From Candidatus Kapaibacterium sp. (lineage in GTDB: Bacteria; Bacteroidota; Ignavibacteria; Palsa-1295), in contig JBBQWV010000002.1 of assembly GCA_038210275.1 (NCBI GenBank), positions 134,141-198,140 of the forward strand: a stretch of 64,000 nt of DNA, given 5' to 3'. Shown piece after piece: positions 8,888 through 19,181 of this stretch (its first letter is position 1; the number at the start of each line of letters is the position of its first letter). A program made the translations under genes and the position numbers. A model generated the notes under the pieces. That model saw only the letters and a program-made list of their open reading frames with translations, made no database searches and was not told where the DNA came from.

Positions 8888-11848
8888 TTACCCCACCTGT
8901 ATCTTCAATTTCTCCATCTGCACCCTAAAGCTCTCGAGTTTTTCCTTTTCTTTGATAATGATATGCTCCGGAGCACGGCTGACGAAGTTGTCATCGCTGA
9001 GTTTTGCGTTTAGACTTTCGTATTGCTTTACAATGCGCTCAAGCTCTTTGCGGAGACGGTCTTTTTCTTTCTTGGTATCTTCTTCGCTTTGCGCTTCCTG
9101 TTTAATAAAGATCTGGCCTCTTCCGGCAAGTAATTCAGCAGCATACTCTTTTGAGGACAGCTCTCTCATTGTGTCATTGCGAGGAATCTGCGCAGCAGAC
9201 GACGCGGCAATCTCAAAATTCTCGGTACTATTAGACATTTTAGATTGCTTCGCTGCGCTCGCAATGACGTCCCCAAATGTGTCTTGTTCGATTATGAGTG
9301 ATGAAGCTTTACATATCTTTTCAATGATATTTCGCGAAGCTTCTGTGAGAATTAAATCTTCTTGAGTCTTCAAACGAATAATAAACTCTGCCGACTTGCT
9401 CGGAACAAGTTTTGCATTCGCACGCAAGAGTCTTGCGGCTTCAATAATTTTTTGTATAAAAGCGAATTCCTCTTCCGCTTCATCATCTATCTTTCCTTCA
9501 TCGGCTGTGATGTAGTCATCTCTGCCAATAAGCATATTTTCCGGATTACCCGTTAAGCCATGCCAAAGCTCTTCGGTGACAAATGGCATGATTGGATGGA
9601 TCATTCGGAGAATGCCTTCGAGAATTTCCACAGCAAGCGGAGTTGATTCGGGCTGTAGCTTTACGATCTCCAAATACCAATCGCAATAATCTTTCCAGAT
9701 GAAATCGTAAAGGTATTTTGTAACGTCATTAATGAGATAGGCGTCGAAAGCTTTCTTCACATCTCGCGCAGTTCTATTCGCACGAGAGAGAATCCATTTA
9801 TCAGCGAGGGTAGACGGTGGTTTTGCAGAGAAGCCAGCCTTCTCCAGTGGGACGGACTTTAGTCCATCCGTCTCACGGACTGAAGTCCGTGCCACTGAAT
9901 TGTTATATTCTGTATCTTCAGATTCAAACTTCGGCTCGGGATGAGTTGATTGATATTCATCACGCTTCATTAATATAAAGCGTGTTGCATTATATAATTT
10001 ATTTGCAAAATTCCTGCCTTGTTCACAGCTTTCTTCTCCGAAACGAACATCTTGTCCGAGCGGTGCCAGATAGAGCAATGTAAAACGAACAGCATCCGTA
10101 CCATATTTACGAACGAGATCAATCGGATCGGGCGAGTTGCCGAGCGACTTACTCATTTTCCTTCCCTGCTGGTCACGCAAGATATTATGGAAATACACAT
10201 CGGTGAAAGGAATCAGATCTTCTAACTTTTCACGTTTCGAACCATCGGGCATCTCCATACCTTGCATGAATTCGATGCCGCCCATGATCATTCGCGCAAC
10301 CCAGAAGAAAATAATATCGGGCGCAGTTGAAAGCAGATTGCCGGGATAAAATAATTGCAGATCTTTTGTATTCTCTGGCCAACCGAATGTCGCAAAGGGC
10401 CAGAGCCACGATGAGAACCATGTATCAACGACATCGGGATCTTGACGGAGTTCGCCTTTGTATCCAGCGGCATCGGCTTTAGCTCTTGCTTCGGCATCAT
10501 TACGTCCGACAAATATTTCTCCATCAACTCCATACCAAGCTGGAATGCGCTGCCCCCACCAAAGCTGGCGTGAGATACACCAATCACGAATCCCTGTCAT
10601 CCAATGACGATAGGTATTGATCCAGCGTTCTGGATGAAAATGAATAAGTCCATCTTCAACAACTTTTAGTGCAGGCTCGGCAAGCGGCTTCATCGAAACG
10701 AACCACTGATCAGATAGATATGGCTCGATCATCTCGCCGCCGCGTTCAGAATAGCCTACAGAATGAGTATATTCATCAATCTTCTCAATAAGCCCCATCT
10801 CTTCCAATTCCGCAACGATCTTCTTTCGTGCAACAAAGCGGTCCAGTCCTGCAAATTTTCCACCGAGTTCGTTGATATGGGCTTTTGTATCCATGACATT
10901 GATTTGTGGCAAATCATGTCGCTTTCCGATCTCGAAATCGTTTGGGTCATGGGCAGGAGTAATCTTCACACATCCTGTTCCAAATTCTTTATCGACGTAG
11001 TCATCGGCAATGATCGGGATTTCCCTATCCATAAATGGAAGCTGAAGTTTTCTGCCGATGAGTTTTATGTATCGTTCATCAGTAGGATTGACAGCAACGG
11101 CAACGTCGCCAAGCATTGTCTCAGGGCGCGTTGTTGCAATGACAATAAATTCTGGTTCGCCGGATTTCCTATCGATAAGCGGATAACGGAAATGATAAAG
11201 CTTGCCTTTCGTCTCTTTGTAATTTACTTCTTCGTCGCTAAGAGCAGACTGTGCAACAGGGGACCAATTAATGATACGCTTGCCTTTATAGATCAGCCCT
11301 TTTTCATAAAGTCTGACAAATGCTTCAACGACAGCTTTCTCATAGCTCGCATCCATCGTGAAAGTGAAACGGCGCCAATCTGGTGAGCAGCCGAGAGCAC
11401 GAAGTTGCTTCTCTATAAAATCAGAATGCTCATGCTTCCACTTCCAAACTTCGTCAATAAATTTTTCACGACCCAAATCGTGACGAGTCTTTCCCTCTTC
11501 TTTTAATTTCTTCTCAACTTTCGTCTGCGTTGCAATTCCCGCATGATCGGTGCCCGGCATCCACAGGGCTTCATGCCCAAGCATCCGGTGATAGCGGATA
11601 TAGGTATCCTGAATGGCATTATTGAGCGCATGACCCATGTGCAGAATGCCCGTCACATTCGGCGGCGGCATACAGACTACGAATGGCGGCTTGTCATTGG
11701 CGCGGCGTCCGGTGGGGTCCTGCGGTACTTCATCGGGGCGATTGGCTTCAAAAAGCTTCTCCGCTTCCCAACGCTCGTACCACTGCTGTTCAACATCCTG
11801 CGGCGCATACGCCTTCGGTAATTCCCTTTTCTCTATTTCTGACATCAA
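8888..11848 (-). CDS. valS: valine--tRNA ligase (986 aa)
   Basis: Class I HIGH (ILHMGHALNN) and KMSKS motifs. Editing and anticodon-binding regions align with E. coli ValRS (…NKLYNATRFILM…DKWIL…CDWYLE). C-terminal coiled coil. Confidence 0.95.
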   Translation of the reverse strand: MMSEIEKRELPKAYAPQDVEQQWYERWEAEKLFEANRPDEVPQDPTGRRANDKPPFVVCMPPPNVTGILHMGHALNNAIQDTYIRYHRMLGHEALWMPGTDHAGIATQTKVEKKLKEEGKTRHDLGREKFIDEVWKWKHEHSDFIEKQLRALGCSPDWRRFTFTMDASYEKAVVEAFVRLYEKGLIYKGKRIINWSPVAQSALSDEEVNYKETKGKLYHFRYPLIDRKSGEPEFIVIATTRPETMLGDVAVAVNPTDERYIKLIGRKLQLPFMDREIPIIADDYVDKEFGTGCVKITPAHDPNDFEIGKRHDLPQINVMDTKAHINELGGKFAGLDRFVARKKIVAELEEMGLIEKIDEYTHSVGYSERGGEMIEPYLSDQWFVSMKPLAEPALKVVEDGLIHFHPERWINTYRHWMTGIRDWCISRQLWWGQRIPAWYGVDGEIFVGRNDAEARAKADAAGYKGELRQDPDVVDTWFSSWLWPFATFGWPENTKDLQLFYPGNLLSTAPDIIFFWVARMIMGGIEFMQGMEMPDGSKREKLEDLIPFTDVYFHNILRDQQGRKMSKSLGNSPDPIDLVRKYGTDAVRFTLLYLAPLGQDVRFGEESCEQGRNFANKLYNATRFILMKRDEYQSTHPEPKFESEDTEYNNSVARTSVRETDGLKSVPLEKAGFSAKPPSTLADKWILSRANRTARDVKKAFDAYLINDVTKYLYDFIWKDYCDWYLEIVKLQPESTPLAVEILEGILRMIHPIMPFVTEELWHGLTGNPENMLIGRDDYITADEGKIDDEAEEEFAFIQKIIEAARLLRANAKLVPSKSAEFIIRLKTQEDLILTEASRNIIEKICKASSLIIEQDTFGDVIASAAKQSKMSNSTENFEIAASSAAQIPRNDTMRELSSKEYAAELLAGRGQIFIKQEAQSEEDTKKEKDRLRKELERIVKQYESLNAKLSDDNFVSRAPEHIIIKEKEKLESFRVQMEKLKIQVG
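9173..9268. repeat. family A palindromic element, copy 2, 96 nt, inside the valS ORF and in frame
   Basis: GTCATTGCGAGG...GGCAATCTCAAAA...TTTTAGATTGC...CTCGCAATGAC. Length 96 is 32 codons with no stop in the valS frame. Encodes ...DVIASAAKQSKMSNSTENFEIAASSAAQIPRNDTM... just before the ValRS C-terminal coiled coil. Confidence 0.75.
9845..9897. repeat. family B palindromic element, copy 1, inside the valS ORF
   Basis: CAGTGGGACGGACTTTAGTCC..ACGGACTGAAGTCCGTGCCACTG. Matches the B copies flanking lexA. Encodes ...SVARTSVRETDGLKSVPLEKAGF... within a segment absent from E. coli ValRS at the equivalent position. Confidence 0.65.
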
Positions 11849-11901
11849 ATAATAATTTTATAGTCAGAATATAACGTTTATTGGGACGGGAGGTTCAAAT
11901 T

Positions 11902-12531
11902 TTACTTTATGTGATCAATTGTCCTTACTATCCAGAAACTTAATGCCAGCATCCATAACGTTACTGCGGCAAACCTGTATTTTTTATTTATTGGCTCTTT
12001 ATTCCATAAAAATGCTCCTCCTACAAAAGTCCAAAGCATGGCTACCTCGACGAGAAAAATATTGATCCCTCGCTCTGAAAAAAGTAGAGTCGGCGAAAGC
12101 GGCACGAGCGGTAATGGCGAAGAGAACCAAAAATATTTTGTCATATCGAATGGCGCAAGGTAAGATACGCCATATTTCCAATCGGTGCTGAAGCCATCGA
12201 AAAATGGATGAGAGAAAGTAATAGCAGCAAAAAGAATTGCAAGTTTTAGATATTCATTCGGAGCTATCCATTTCTTACGCTTAAAAAAAAGGGCAGCTAA
12301 AGCTCCGATCATGATTGCAAAGAAAATAGAATGGAAAACTCCGCGATGATCAAAGACTGTTCCGCGCCCAATAATGCTCATAACGATCGTATCGCTATCG
12401 GGAAGTCCGGCAAGTAAAAGCGAAGTAATAACGATCTTCTTTTTATTCTCGAATTGAAAAAAACTTGCAATTCCCGCTCCGACAAGACTGTGACTGATAA
12501 CAGTTGACATAGTAGTATAAATGGTCTTCAT
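11902..12531 (-). CDS. membrane-bound metal-dependent hydrolase, YdjM/DUF457-like
   Basis: N-terminal THSLVGAGIA motif and multiple TM helices resemble the LexA-regulated YdjM family. Weak. Confidence 0.4.
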   Translation of the reverse strand: MKTIYTTMSTVISHSLVGAGIASFFQFENKKKIVITSLLLAGLPDSDTIVMSIIGRGTVFDHRGVFHSIFFAIMIGALAALFFKRKKWIAPNEYLKLAILFAAITFSHPFFDGFSTDWKYGVSYLAPFDMTKYFWFSSPLPLVPLSPTLLFSERGINIFLVEVAMLWTFVGGAFLWNKEPINKKYRFAAVTLWMLALSFWIVRTIDHIK

Positions 12532-12632
12532 TATATAACATCAGCAAGATCGTTACGTGCCAACATGAGATAATAAATAAGAAATAGGTTTATACATTTA
12601 AATGTTCTAAGTTTCTTCATTTTTACTCATTC

Positions 12633-13397
12633 ATGACAATTGAGTTAGTCTTGTTATGCGCTTCGGCATTTTTAGCCGGATTCGTTGATGCTATTGTTGG
12701 TGGCGGCGGGTTGATACAAATTCCTGTTGGGCTGATCTTATTACCGCAATATCCGGTAGCAACCGTTATAGGAACTACGAAAATACCATCCTTCTGCGGA
12801 ACAAGTTTTGCGGCTGCTCAATATTCTCGACACGTCGAGTTGAACTATAAGCATCTTGTACTAATGATGTGTATTGCATTTTGCTCAGCATTTGCAGGAT
12901 CAAGACTTTTGACGCTTGTCAGCAATGACTTCATCAAACCTTTTCTTCTGATCGTTCTAACAGGTGTTGCTCTCTATACCTATCGCAATAAGAATTTCGG
13001 GGTTCATCAGGCAAAAGAACATAGTATTGGAGAGCAAAGGCTTTATGCAGCGATTATTGCTTTAGTTATTGGTTTCTATGATGGATTTATTGGTCCCGGT
13101 GCGGGAAGTTTTTTGGTCTGGGCATTTATTGGAGTGCTTGGATTTGATTTCCTTAGGGCAAGCGCCGATGCCAAATTCGTTAATCTTTCAACAAATCTGG
13201 GATCAATCCTGCTTTTTTCACTAAGCGGCAATATTATTTTCAAGATTGCATTACCGATGGCTGCGTGTAATGCACTTGGCGGATTTTTGGGTGCGAAGCT
13301 TGCGATATTGCGAGGAAATAAATTTATCCGTATTTTTTTCCTCTGCGTCGTAGTGGCGACAATTTTAAGATTAGCCTACGGCTATCTCTTTATTTAG
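12633..13397 (+). CDS. TSUP (TauE/SafE) family sulfite/anion exporter
   Basis: LAGFVDAIVGGGGLIQIPVGL and internal duplication with a second GxxxG-rich segment. 7-8 TM pattern. Confidence 0.8.
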   Translation: MTIELVLLCASAFLAGFVDAIVGGGGLIQIPVGLILLPQYPVATVIGTTKIPSFCGTSFAAAQYSRHVELNYKHLVLMMCIAFCSAFAGSRLLTLVSNDFIKPFLLIVLTGVALYTYRNKNFGVHQAKEHSIGEQRLYAAIIALVIGFYDGFIGPGAGSFLVWAFIGVLGFDFLRASADAKFVNLSTNLGSILLFSLSGNIIFKIALPMAACNALGGFLGAKLAILRGNKFIRIFFLCVVVATILRLAYGYLFI

Positions 13398-13447
13398 ATG
13401 AATTAGAATGAAGACTGATTTGGAATTTCTAAGAATGGGATGAGAAC

Positions 13448-13846
13448 TTATCCCTCAGCCATCGCTTTCCGACGCTGCGCGCCGGTAATTGCCGGAGTAA
13501 AAGCGGGATGCTTTACTTCTGCAATAACTTCAAATACATCGTTATATGGAGTTGCGAATTTATCGCATGCCTCTTGGAGTGATGTAGCTTCGATCACCAC
13601 ATTAATTCCGCTTTCGCCATGATATGGCTGGCGAATTTCCTTGAATCGTTTCGGATCGTCGAGCGCGTAAGGAGGCTGGAGAGCCGATGAAATAAAAGTA
13701 TATTTCTTTACACTGTTCTTCTTTTTCGAAGCAAGATCTGCAGGATCACAGCTAATGCCTAAAAAAACATAGCTAAAATTTTTGTTAAGATAAGAGGTCT
13801 TAACAATTGCCTCTGCCGGGGATTCCATCACTACTTGGTATTTCAT
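13448..13846 (-). CDS. hypothetical protein
   Basis: ORF with likely start at MKYQVVMESP. No diagnostic motif. Confidence 0.35.
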   Translation of the reverse strand: MKYQVVMESPAEAIVKTSYLNKNFSYVFLGISCDPADLASKKKNSVKKYTFISSALQPPYALDDPKRFKEIRQPYHGESGINVVIEATSLQEACDKFATPYNDVFEVIAEVKHPAFTPAITGAQRRKAMAEG

Positions 13847-13955
13847 CGTGATAATACAACACATATTTTCAAGAAAAAGATACAGCAAAGGATACAGCAA
13901 TTATAGCCTTTGCCAATACCCCCTAAAAATCAATCTATTCACCTTCAATTAGTCG

Positions 13956-15539
13956 CTATTCGGGGTCAAGTTTCCAGAGCGCGAGATCAGGCATAATAGG
14001 ATTTCTTATTGCCTTTCTGAAATCAACGACAAGATTTTTATTCAAAAGCCTGAATGAACCTGCGAACGTACGGTAAAGTGGCGAATAAATATCAACCTGC
14101 TGGCTTCCGTCAGAATTAAGTTTATTCACATAGGCAATCGATTCATCCGGATGTTCAGTCGTTTGACCGAGCCAGTATTGCACATTCTTCTCTTTGAGAT
14201 ATGCACCTATCCCCTCTTTTTGCAACCGATCGTTATAGTCATAATCACTAATCAGTCCATCCGAAGGAAGGATATTCATATCAGAATAATAGGCGATCAT
14301 GCCGGGCCAATCATAAATAAAAATATTCGTATGCGATGGTAGATTGCGTTTCAACCAAAAGGCGATTTCTATCTGCCACTTGCGATCCGTTTTGCCATGG
14401 AGATTAAACGGATTGAGGTTTTGTGAGTCACCATTCAAATATTTTCCCCAAGAACGGAATCCTGCACAAACCATTAGCAATGTAAATAAAGAGATAGCAA
14501 GGACTGATTTGAACTGCTTACGGTTTGGTATTATCCACGTCATGAGCAACTCAAAAAGTTGAGCGAGAAGCATTGAAAGCAATAAAATTCCTGCAACATA
14601 ATACCATGCCCATCTTGTATTACCATCAGTGAAGAGGAAAAGATAAAGACAGAGGAGCAGAACTCCACATGAAAGAGTGCAATAAATAAATTTTCTTCCT
14701 ATGTTTTCTTTTGAGAAAACGCCGAAGATCAAACCGACAAGGGCTGCCAGTATTGCAATCTCACCCACGCCCATAACTGCATGAATGTTAGCCGCTACAT
14801 GGGGGAATGTACTCTTAATCGCACCGCTTATGGGGACGAGGTGTCCGAATGAAAAACAATTGTACAAGATATACGGAATTGCAAGCAAGGCAAATGGCAA
14901 CGTCGCCTCAAGGAGGCATCGAATATATCGGCGATCTTTTCCTCGTGAGAGTTTCCACCAAGCAATAACAGCAAAAGCACCGATAACAAATACTGAATCG
15001 AGACGTGCTAAGAAAAGCAATCCGCTCAGAATTCCAATGCTAAACCAACTCTTCGAGGAGTAACTTGGTGACAGTATCTCTTTCGAAAAATAATACGTGA
15101 GCATTAATAACACAAGTCCATTTATATGCGCTTCGGAACCATAAAGACCGGTACAAAGGAAATATAATGTCAAAACAGGAATACAGAGATACCAATACCG
15201 AAGTTTTAAGAATTCATTCAGCCGATAAAGGTAATAAATAATTCCTATAAAAAATAATTGCTGAGTAATGCAAACCAAAAGAAGTGCAATATCTTTATTC
15301 CCTGCAGAAAGAAAAAATATCCCTGTGCAGCAGTATTGCCAAAGCGGATGAAACCCGTTCGTCAGAGTAATTTGGTTGAACGTACTGCCGTAACCACTTA
15401 CGATATTTCTCGCAACCTGTAAATAAAAGAAGGCATCATCAGAGGGATAATGTTCCGGACGCAGCAAAACCGAAATAATGCAGGCGATGACTCCGGCTAT
15501 TCCAAGAATTGCAATCAAAAATTTTTCAGATCTTGGCAT
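13956..15539 (-). CDS. polytopic membrane protein, GT-C-like (ArnT/PMT_2-type glycosyltransferase fold)
   Basis: About 12 predicted TM helices in the N-terminal two thirds with a soluble C-terminal domain. Resembles dolichyl-phosphate-mannose protein mannosyltransferase-like bacterial proteins. Confidence 0.4.
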   Translation of the reverse strand: MPRSEKFLIAILGIAGVIACIISVLLRPEHYPSDDAFFYLQVARNIVSGYGSTFNQITLTNGFHPLWQYCCTGIFFLSAGNKDIALLLVCITQQLFFIGIIYYLYRLNEFLKLRYWYLCIPVLTLYFLCTGLYGSEAHINGLVLLMLTYYFSKEILSPSYSSKSWFSIGILSGLLFLARLDSVFVIGAFAVIAWWKLSRGKDRRYIRCLLEATLPFALLAIPYILYNCFSFGHLVPISGAIKSTFPHVAANIHAVMGVGEIAILAALVGLIFGVFSKENIGRKFIYCTLSCGVLLLCLYLFLFTDGNTRWAWYYVAGILLLSMLLAQLFELLMTWIIPNRKQFKSVLAISLFTLLMVCAGFRSWGKYLNGDSQNLNPFNLHGKTDRKWQIEIAFWLKRNLPSHTNIFIYDWPGMIAYYSDMNILPSDGLISDYDYNDRLQKEGIGAYLKEKNVQYWLGQTTEHPDESIAYVNKLNSDGSQQVDIYSPLYRTFAGSFRLLNKNLVVDFRKAIRNPIMPDLALWKLDPE

Positions 15540-15748
15540 TCAAAAGAATTAAGATTATTGATTTATATCTACCCTATCAGATTTATCCATTTGTATGTTG
15601 TTGTACTTCAACTGTCAAAAATACGGCTTTTCCCCCATGAGATTGACACTATTGAATCATCCTGTTTATGAGATAGTGTAGTGCAGTAAGTTGCAATAAT
15701 TATCAAAAGCTAAAGATAACGTATATTCCCGAGCAGACCTGACGTTTT

Positions 15749-17506
15749 TTATTCTGGAATAATATTCTTACTCGAACATACGTCACACTTCCCGCATTTA
15801 CCTCCACCTTGTTTCTCGCCAAAATAATTCAAGATCATCGCAGCGCGGCATCTCCAATTTGTTGCATAGTTTTGGACTTCACGCAGTTTGCCGAGAGTAT
15901 GATCAAATGAAGTGTGTAGTTTTTCTAAGGGAAGAATTATTTCTTTCGTATGAATTCGATGTCCTAAAAATTTAAGACTATAAATTTTTGAATTGCTTGC
16001 TGCGAATGAAGATAATTTATGGGTAAGAATTTCGTTCGCCTCCAAAAGTCTGATCGCTTTATTAAAAGTAGTTTTATCAATGGAAAGCGTTTCGATTACC
16101 TCATCAGAATTAAAGGAGAATTCCATGCCAACACCTGACTCTTCTTCCAATAAATCAAATCGTTTAAGTAATTGAACTCCTATTCCGTTTCTTGAACGAT
16201 AGATATACTCTTCTCTTTTCTGTTTTGGGATGAGAAATTTAACTGAAGACGTTCTAATTTGCGAAGTATTTTTATCAATCGAGATCAGATTTGCTTCAGC
16301 AAGCAACTCTAAGCCGCGAGTTACTGAGCAGGATAGATCGGGGATAGAATTCAGGATCTGGCCTCGAGTAAAAGTAACAGTTCCTTTATAAAATGAACCG
16401 ACTTTATTCGATACCATTTCATTGATAGCTTCATAAAGAATGAGAAGTTCTTCTTCTGTAGGAAAATTTCGCTGCAATAAAAATTCATGAGTTCGCTCAT
16501 CGCCGGAGTTATACATCAGAATTGCAAATGCTTTGTTGCCATCACGTCCAGCTCTGCCTGATTCCTGATAGTATGCTTCAAGAGTCGCAGGAAGATCGTA
16601 ATGAATGACACATCGAACGTCGGGCTTATCAATTCCCATTCCAAATGCGCTTGTCGCGACAATTATCTGCACTTCACCTGAAAGAAATCCGTCCTGAACT
16701 CTCAGGCGCACTTCATTTCCCATCCCAGCATGATAACTCTCTGCACTGAACCCTAATTGATGAAGATTTAAAGCAAGCTTATCGGCTCTACTACGAGAAG
16801 AGGTATACACGATAATGCTTCCGCCAATAGTATGAGCAAGATCAATAAGCCGGACATCTTTCTCGCATTCTCCGAGAACTGCATAGCAAATATTTGGCCG
16901 CTCGAATCCGGTGACAATTTCAAGTGGCTTATTCAGTTCAAGCTGTTCTTTAATATCTGTCCGAACATCGGGCGTTGCCGTTGCAGTAAGAGCAATAACC
17001 GGCGGACGACCTTCAACGAATGAATGATAAAAATCCGGAATACGGCGATAGCTTTTTCGAAAATCATGCCCCCATTCACTGATGCAATGCGCTTCGTCAA
17101 TTGCAATAAATGAGATATGTAGTTCAGCAATTAATGACTTAAAAGATTCTGTTTCCAAGCGTTCAGGAGAAACATAGAGAAGTTTTAATTCACCAGATCG
17201 TGCTTTATCTAAAACTGCTTTGGAGTCTTCATACGATTGCGAGCTATTCATCGCAGCGGCAGCGATGTTCCGCAAATTTAGCTTATCAACCTGATCTTTC
17301 ATTAATGAAATCAGTGGGGAGATGATCAGAGCAGTACCATCCATGAGCACAGCAGGTAGCTGGAAACAAAGCGATTTTCCTCCGCCCGTTGGCATGACTA
17401 CAAAAATATCTCTTCCACTAATAAGAGCTGCAATAGCCTCTTCCTGCATCGGACGAAATGCAGTGATACCAAAAAATTCTTGAAGTGATTGAAGTAGTTG
17501 GCTCAA
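15749..17506 (-). CDS. recQ: ATP-dependent DNA helicase RecQ
   Basis: FRPMQEEAI...PTGGGKSLCFQLPA, DEAH box IAIDEAHCISEWGHDFR, RecQ-Ct zinc motif, C-terminal CGKCDVC. Confidence 0.9.
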   Translation of the reverse strand: MSQLLQSLQEFFGITAFRPMQEEAIAALISGRDIFVVMPTGGGKSLCFQLPAVLMDGTALIISPLISLMKDQVDKLNLRNIAAAAMNSSQSYEDSKAVLDKARSGELKLLYVSPERLETESFKSLIAELHISFIAIDEAHCISEWGHDFRKSYRRIPDFYHSFVEGRPPVIALTATATPDVRTDIKEQLELNKPLEIVTGFERPNICYAVLGECEKDVRLIDLAHTIGGSIIVYTSSRSRADKLALNLHQLGFSAESYHAGMGNEVRLRVQDGFLSGEVQIIVATSAFGMGIDKPDVRCVIHYDLPATLEAYYQESGRAGRDGNKAFAILMYNSGDERTHEFLLQRNFPTEEELLILYEAINEMVSNKVGSFYKGTVTFTRGQILNSIPDLSCSVTRGLELLAEANLISIDKNTSQIRTSSVKFLIPKQKREEYIYRSRNGIGVQLLKRFDLLEEESGVGMEFSFNSDEVIETLSIDKTTFNKAIRLLEANEILTHKLSSFAASNSKIYSLKFLGHRIHTKEIILPLEKLHTSFDHTLGKLREVQNYATNWRCRAAMILNYFGEKQGGGKCGKCDVCSSKNIIPE

Positions 17507-18543
17507 GCAACTCTAACCTTTCCCATTACAATAGGATCTTCGCCAACGGACTTTAAATGTGAGGTCATATCCTCAACGCGCGAAGCGTTTGCAATGATGA
17601 CAAGACCAATGCCAAGATTCAATGCCTTGCGCATACTTTCTTCCGGCACATTACCGACAGATTGAATTAAATTAAATATCGCTGGACGCTTCCAAGAATT
17701 CCAATCAACATCAAGGGCAAGACCTTCAGAGAGAACTCGTGATGTATTACCAACGATTCCACCGCCTGTGATATGACTGAGTGAATGAATATCTTCACGA
17801 AGAGAAAATTTTTCGAAGAGAGAGAGAACGGGTTTGAGATATGAGCGATGTACTTTTAATAATGCTTCGCCAATTGTTTCACCATCAAGTTCTTTTGGCT
17901 TTGCATCTACTCCTAAAATATCTACTAATGCCATACGTGCAAGGCTATAACCATTCGTATGCAATCCATTACTTCGCAAACCGATCAGCACATCGCCTGC
18001 TTGAACATTTTCACGAGATAAAATTGCATCGCGTTCAACGATACCGACAATAGTACCTGCGAGATCGAAATCATCTTTTGCATAAATGCCGGGCATCTCT
18101 GCTGTCTCGCCACCTATGAGGGCACAGCCATTCTCTTCGCAGCCATTAACGAAACCGGTGACGACAGATACTCCGTGCTCAACATCAAGTTTACCTGATG
18201 CAAAGTAATCAAGAAAAAATATCGGCTTGGCTCCGCAAACTAGAATATCATTCGTACAATGATTAACTAAATCATGTCCAACCGTGTCATACTTCCCTGC
18301 TGCTATTGCAACCTTGATCTTCGTCCCAACTCCATCGGTACTTGAGACCAGCACTGGCTGTTTCATTCCCGGAAATCGAGCGTCATAGAGCCCGCCAAAG
18401 CCACCGATGTCCGTAAGCACATTACTATTGAATGTCTTTCTAACAAGTGGCTTAATCCGCCGCACTACTTCTTCGCCTGCATCAATATTGACACCGGCAG
18501 ATTCATAGGTGATCATTCGTTCTTTCGCTTCGGTAACGATCAT
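17503..18543 (-). CDS. purM: phosphoribosylformylglycinamidine cyclo-ligase (AIR synthase)
   Basis: SAGVNIDAGEE...GGFGGLYD and the downstream AIRS_C pattern. Overlaps the recQ start by 4 nt. Confidence 0.9.
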   Translation of the reverse strand: MIVTEAKERMITYESAGVNIDAGEEVVRRIKPLVRKTFNSNVLTDIGGFGGLYDARFPGMKQPVLVSSTDGVGTKIKVAIAAGKYDTVGHDLVNHCTNDILVCGAKPIFFLDYFASGKLDVEHGVSVVTGFVNGCEENGCALIGGETAEMPGIYAKDDFDLAGTIVGIVERDAILSRENVQAGDVLIGLRSNGLHTNGYSLARMALVDILGVDAKPKELDGETIGEALLKVHRSYLKPVLSLFEKFSLREDIHSLSHITGGGIVGNTSRVLSEGLALDVDWNSWKRPAIFNLIQSVGNVPEESMRKALNLGIGLVIIANASRVEDMTSHLKSVGEDPIVMGKVRVA

Positions 18544-18546
18544 AAA

Positions 18547-19071
18547 TTATTGAAGAGGTCTTGCAGTCAATACTGCTGTCGTAGATACAGTGAAAGAAAA
18601 AGGCACTGAAGGGGGCTTCGATGAATACATCGTTAACCTATATGTTGAATTCTTCGCTTTCCAATATTGCACAAAATCGGCATTAGAATAATACAAACTG
18701 TCGGATGCTCCATTATATGTTGCAAGAACTTCCAATCCTATGGAATCCGCTTGTACCGAAAAGATCAACGAATCAATATTGGTAAATGGAAATGAAGGCT
18801 CTTCAGAAACAAGACGGAGCAAATTCAACTTCAAGGATTTTACCAAAAACATATCCGTCCCATTCGTTGCAAGACTTGTGCTGTCAATGGAAATCGCAAT
18901 GGGCACTATTACCGGCTGATTTTGAAAAAGTCCATTTTCCAAACTCACTCCATGTGCTGATGAAAGATTAAACGTAAAATAATCATCTATACCGCTTGAC
19001 GAACTGCAAGAAGAAAGAGCGAAAAGCAAAACTATTGCAGGAAGAAGAGGCGATTTGAAATTTTTCTTCAT
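18547..19071 (-). CDS. hypothetical lipoprotein, paralog 1
   Basis: Signal peptide plus lipobox LSSCSSSSG. The central segment VKSLKLNLLRLVSEEPSFPFTNIDSLIFSVQADSIGLEVLATYNGASD aligns with the next gene. Confidence 0.5.
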   Translation of the reverse strand: MKKNFKSPLLPAIVLLFALSSCSSSSGIDDYFTFNLSSAHGVSLENGLFQNQPVIVPIAISIDSTSLATNGTDMFLVKSLKLNLLRLVSEEPSFPFTNIDSLIFSVQADSIGLEVLATYNGASDSLYYSNADFVQYWKAKNSTYRLTMYSSKPPSVPFSFTVSTTAVLTARPLQ

Positions 19072-19181
19072 ATGATACTTAGATCGAATCGGCAATAAAT
19101 GAGCAAATCGTAACTAAAGAAAATAAATGTGCAGAGGCAATGCTCTGACAAAAATGGGGATGTCTTCTCATAAACGTTTTT

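Noticed and set aside
8781-11874. Several plus-strand ORFs of 60-200 aa (8781..9365, 10763..11386, 11543..11874 and others) overlap valS.
   Set aside because: They lie antisense inside a strongly supported 986-aa ValRS gene, have no recognisable motifs, and are low-complexity translations of the opposite strand.
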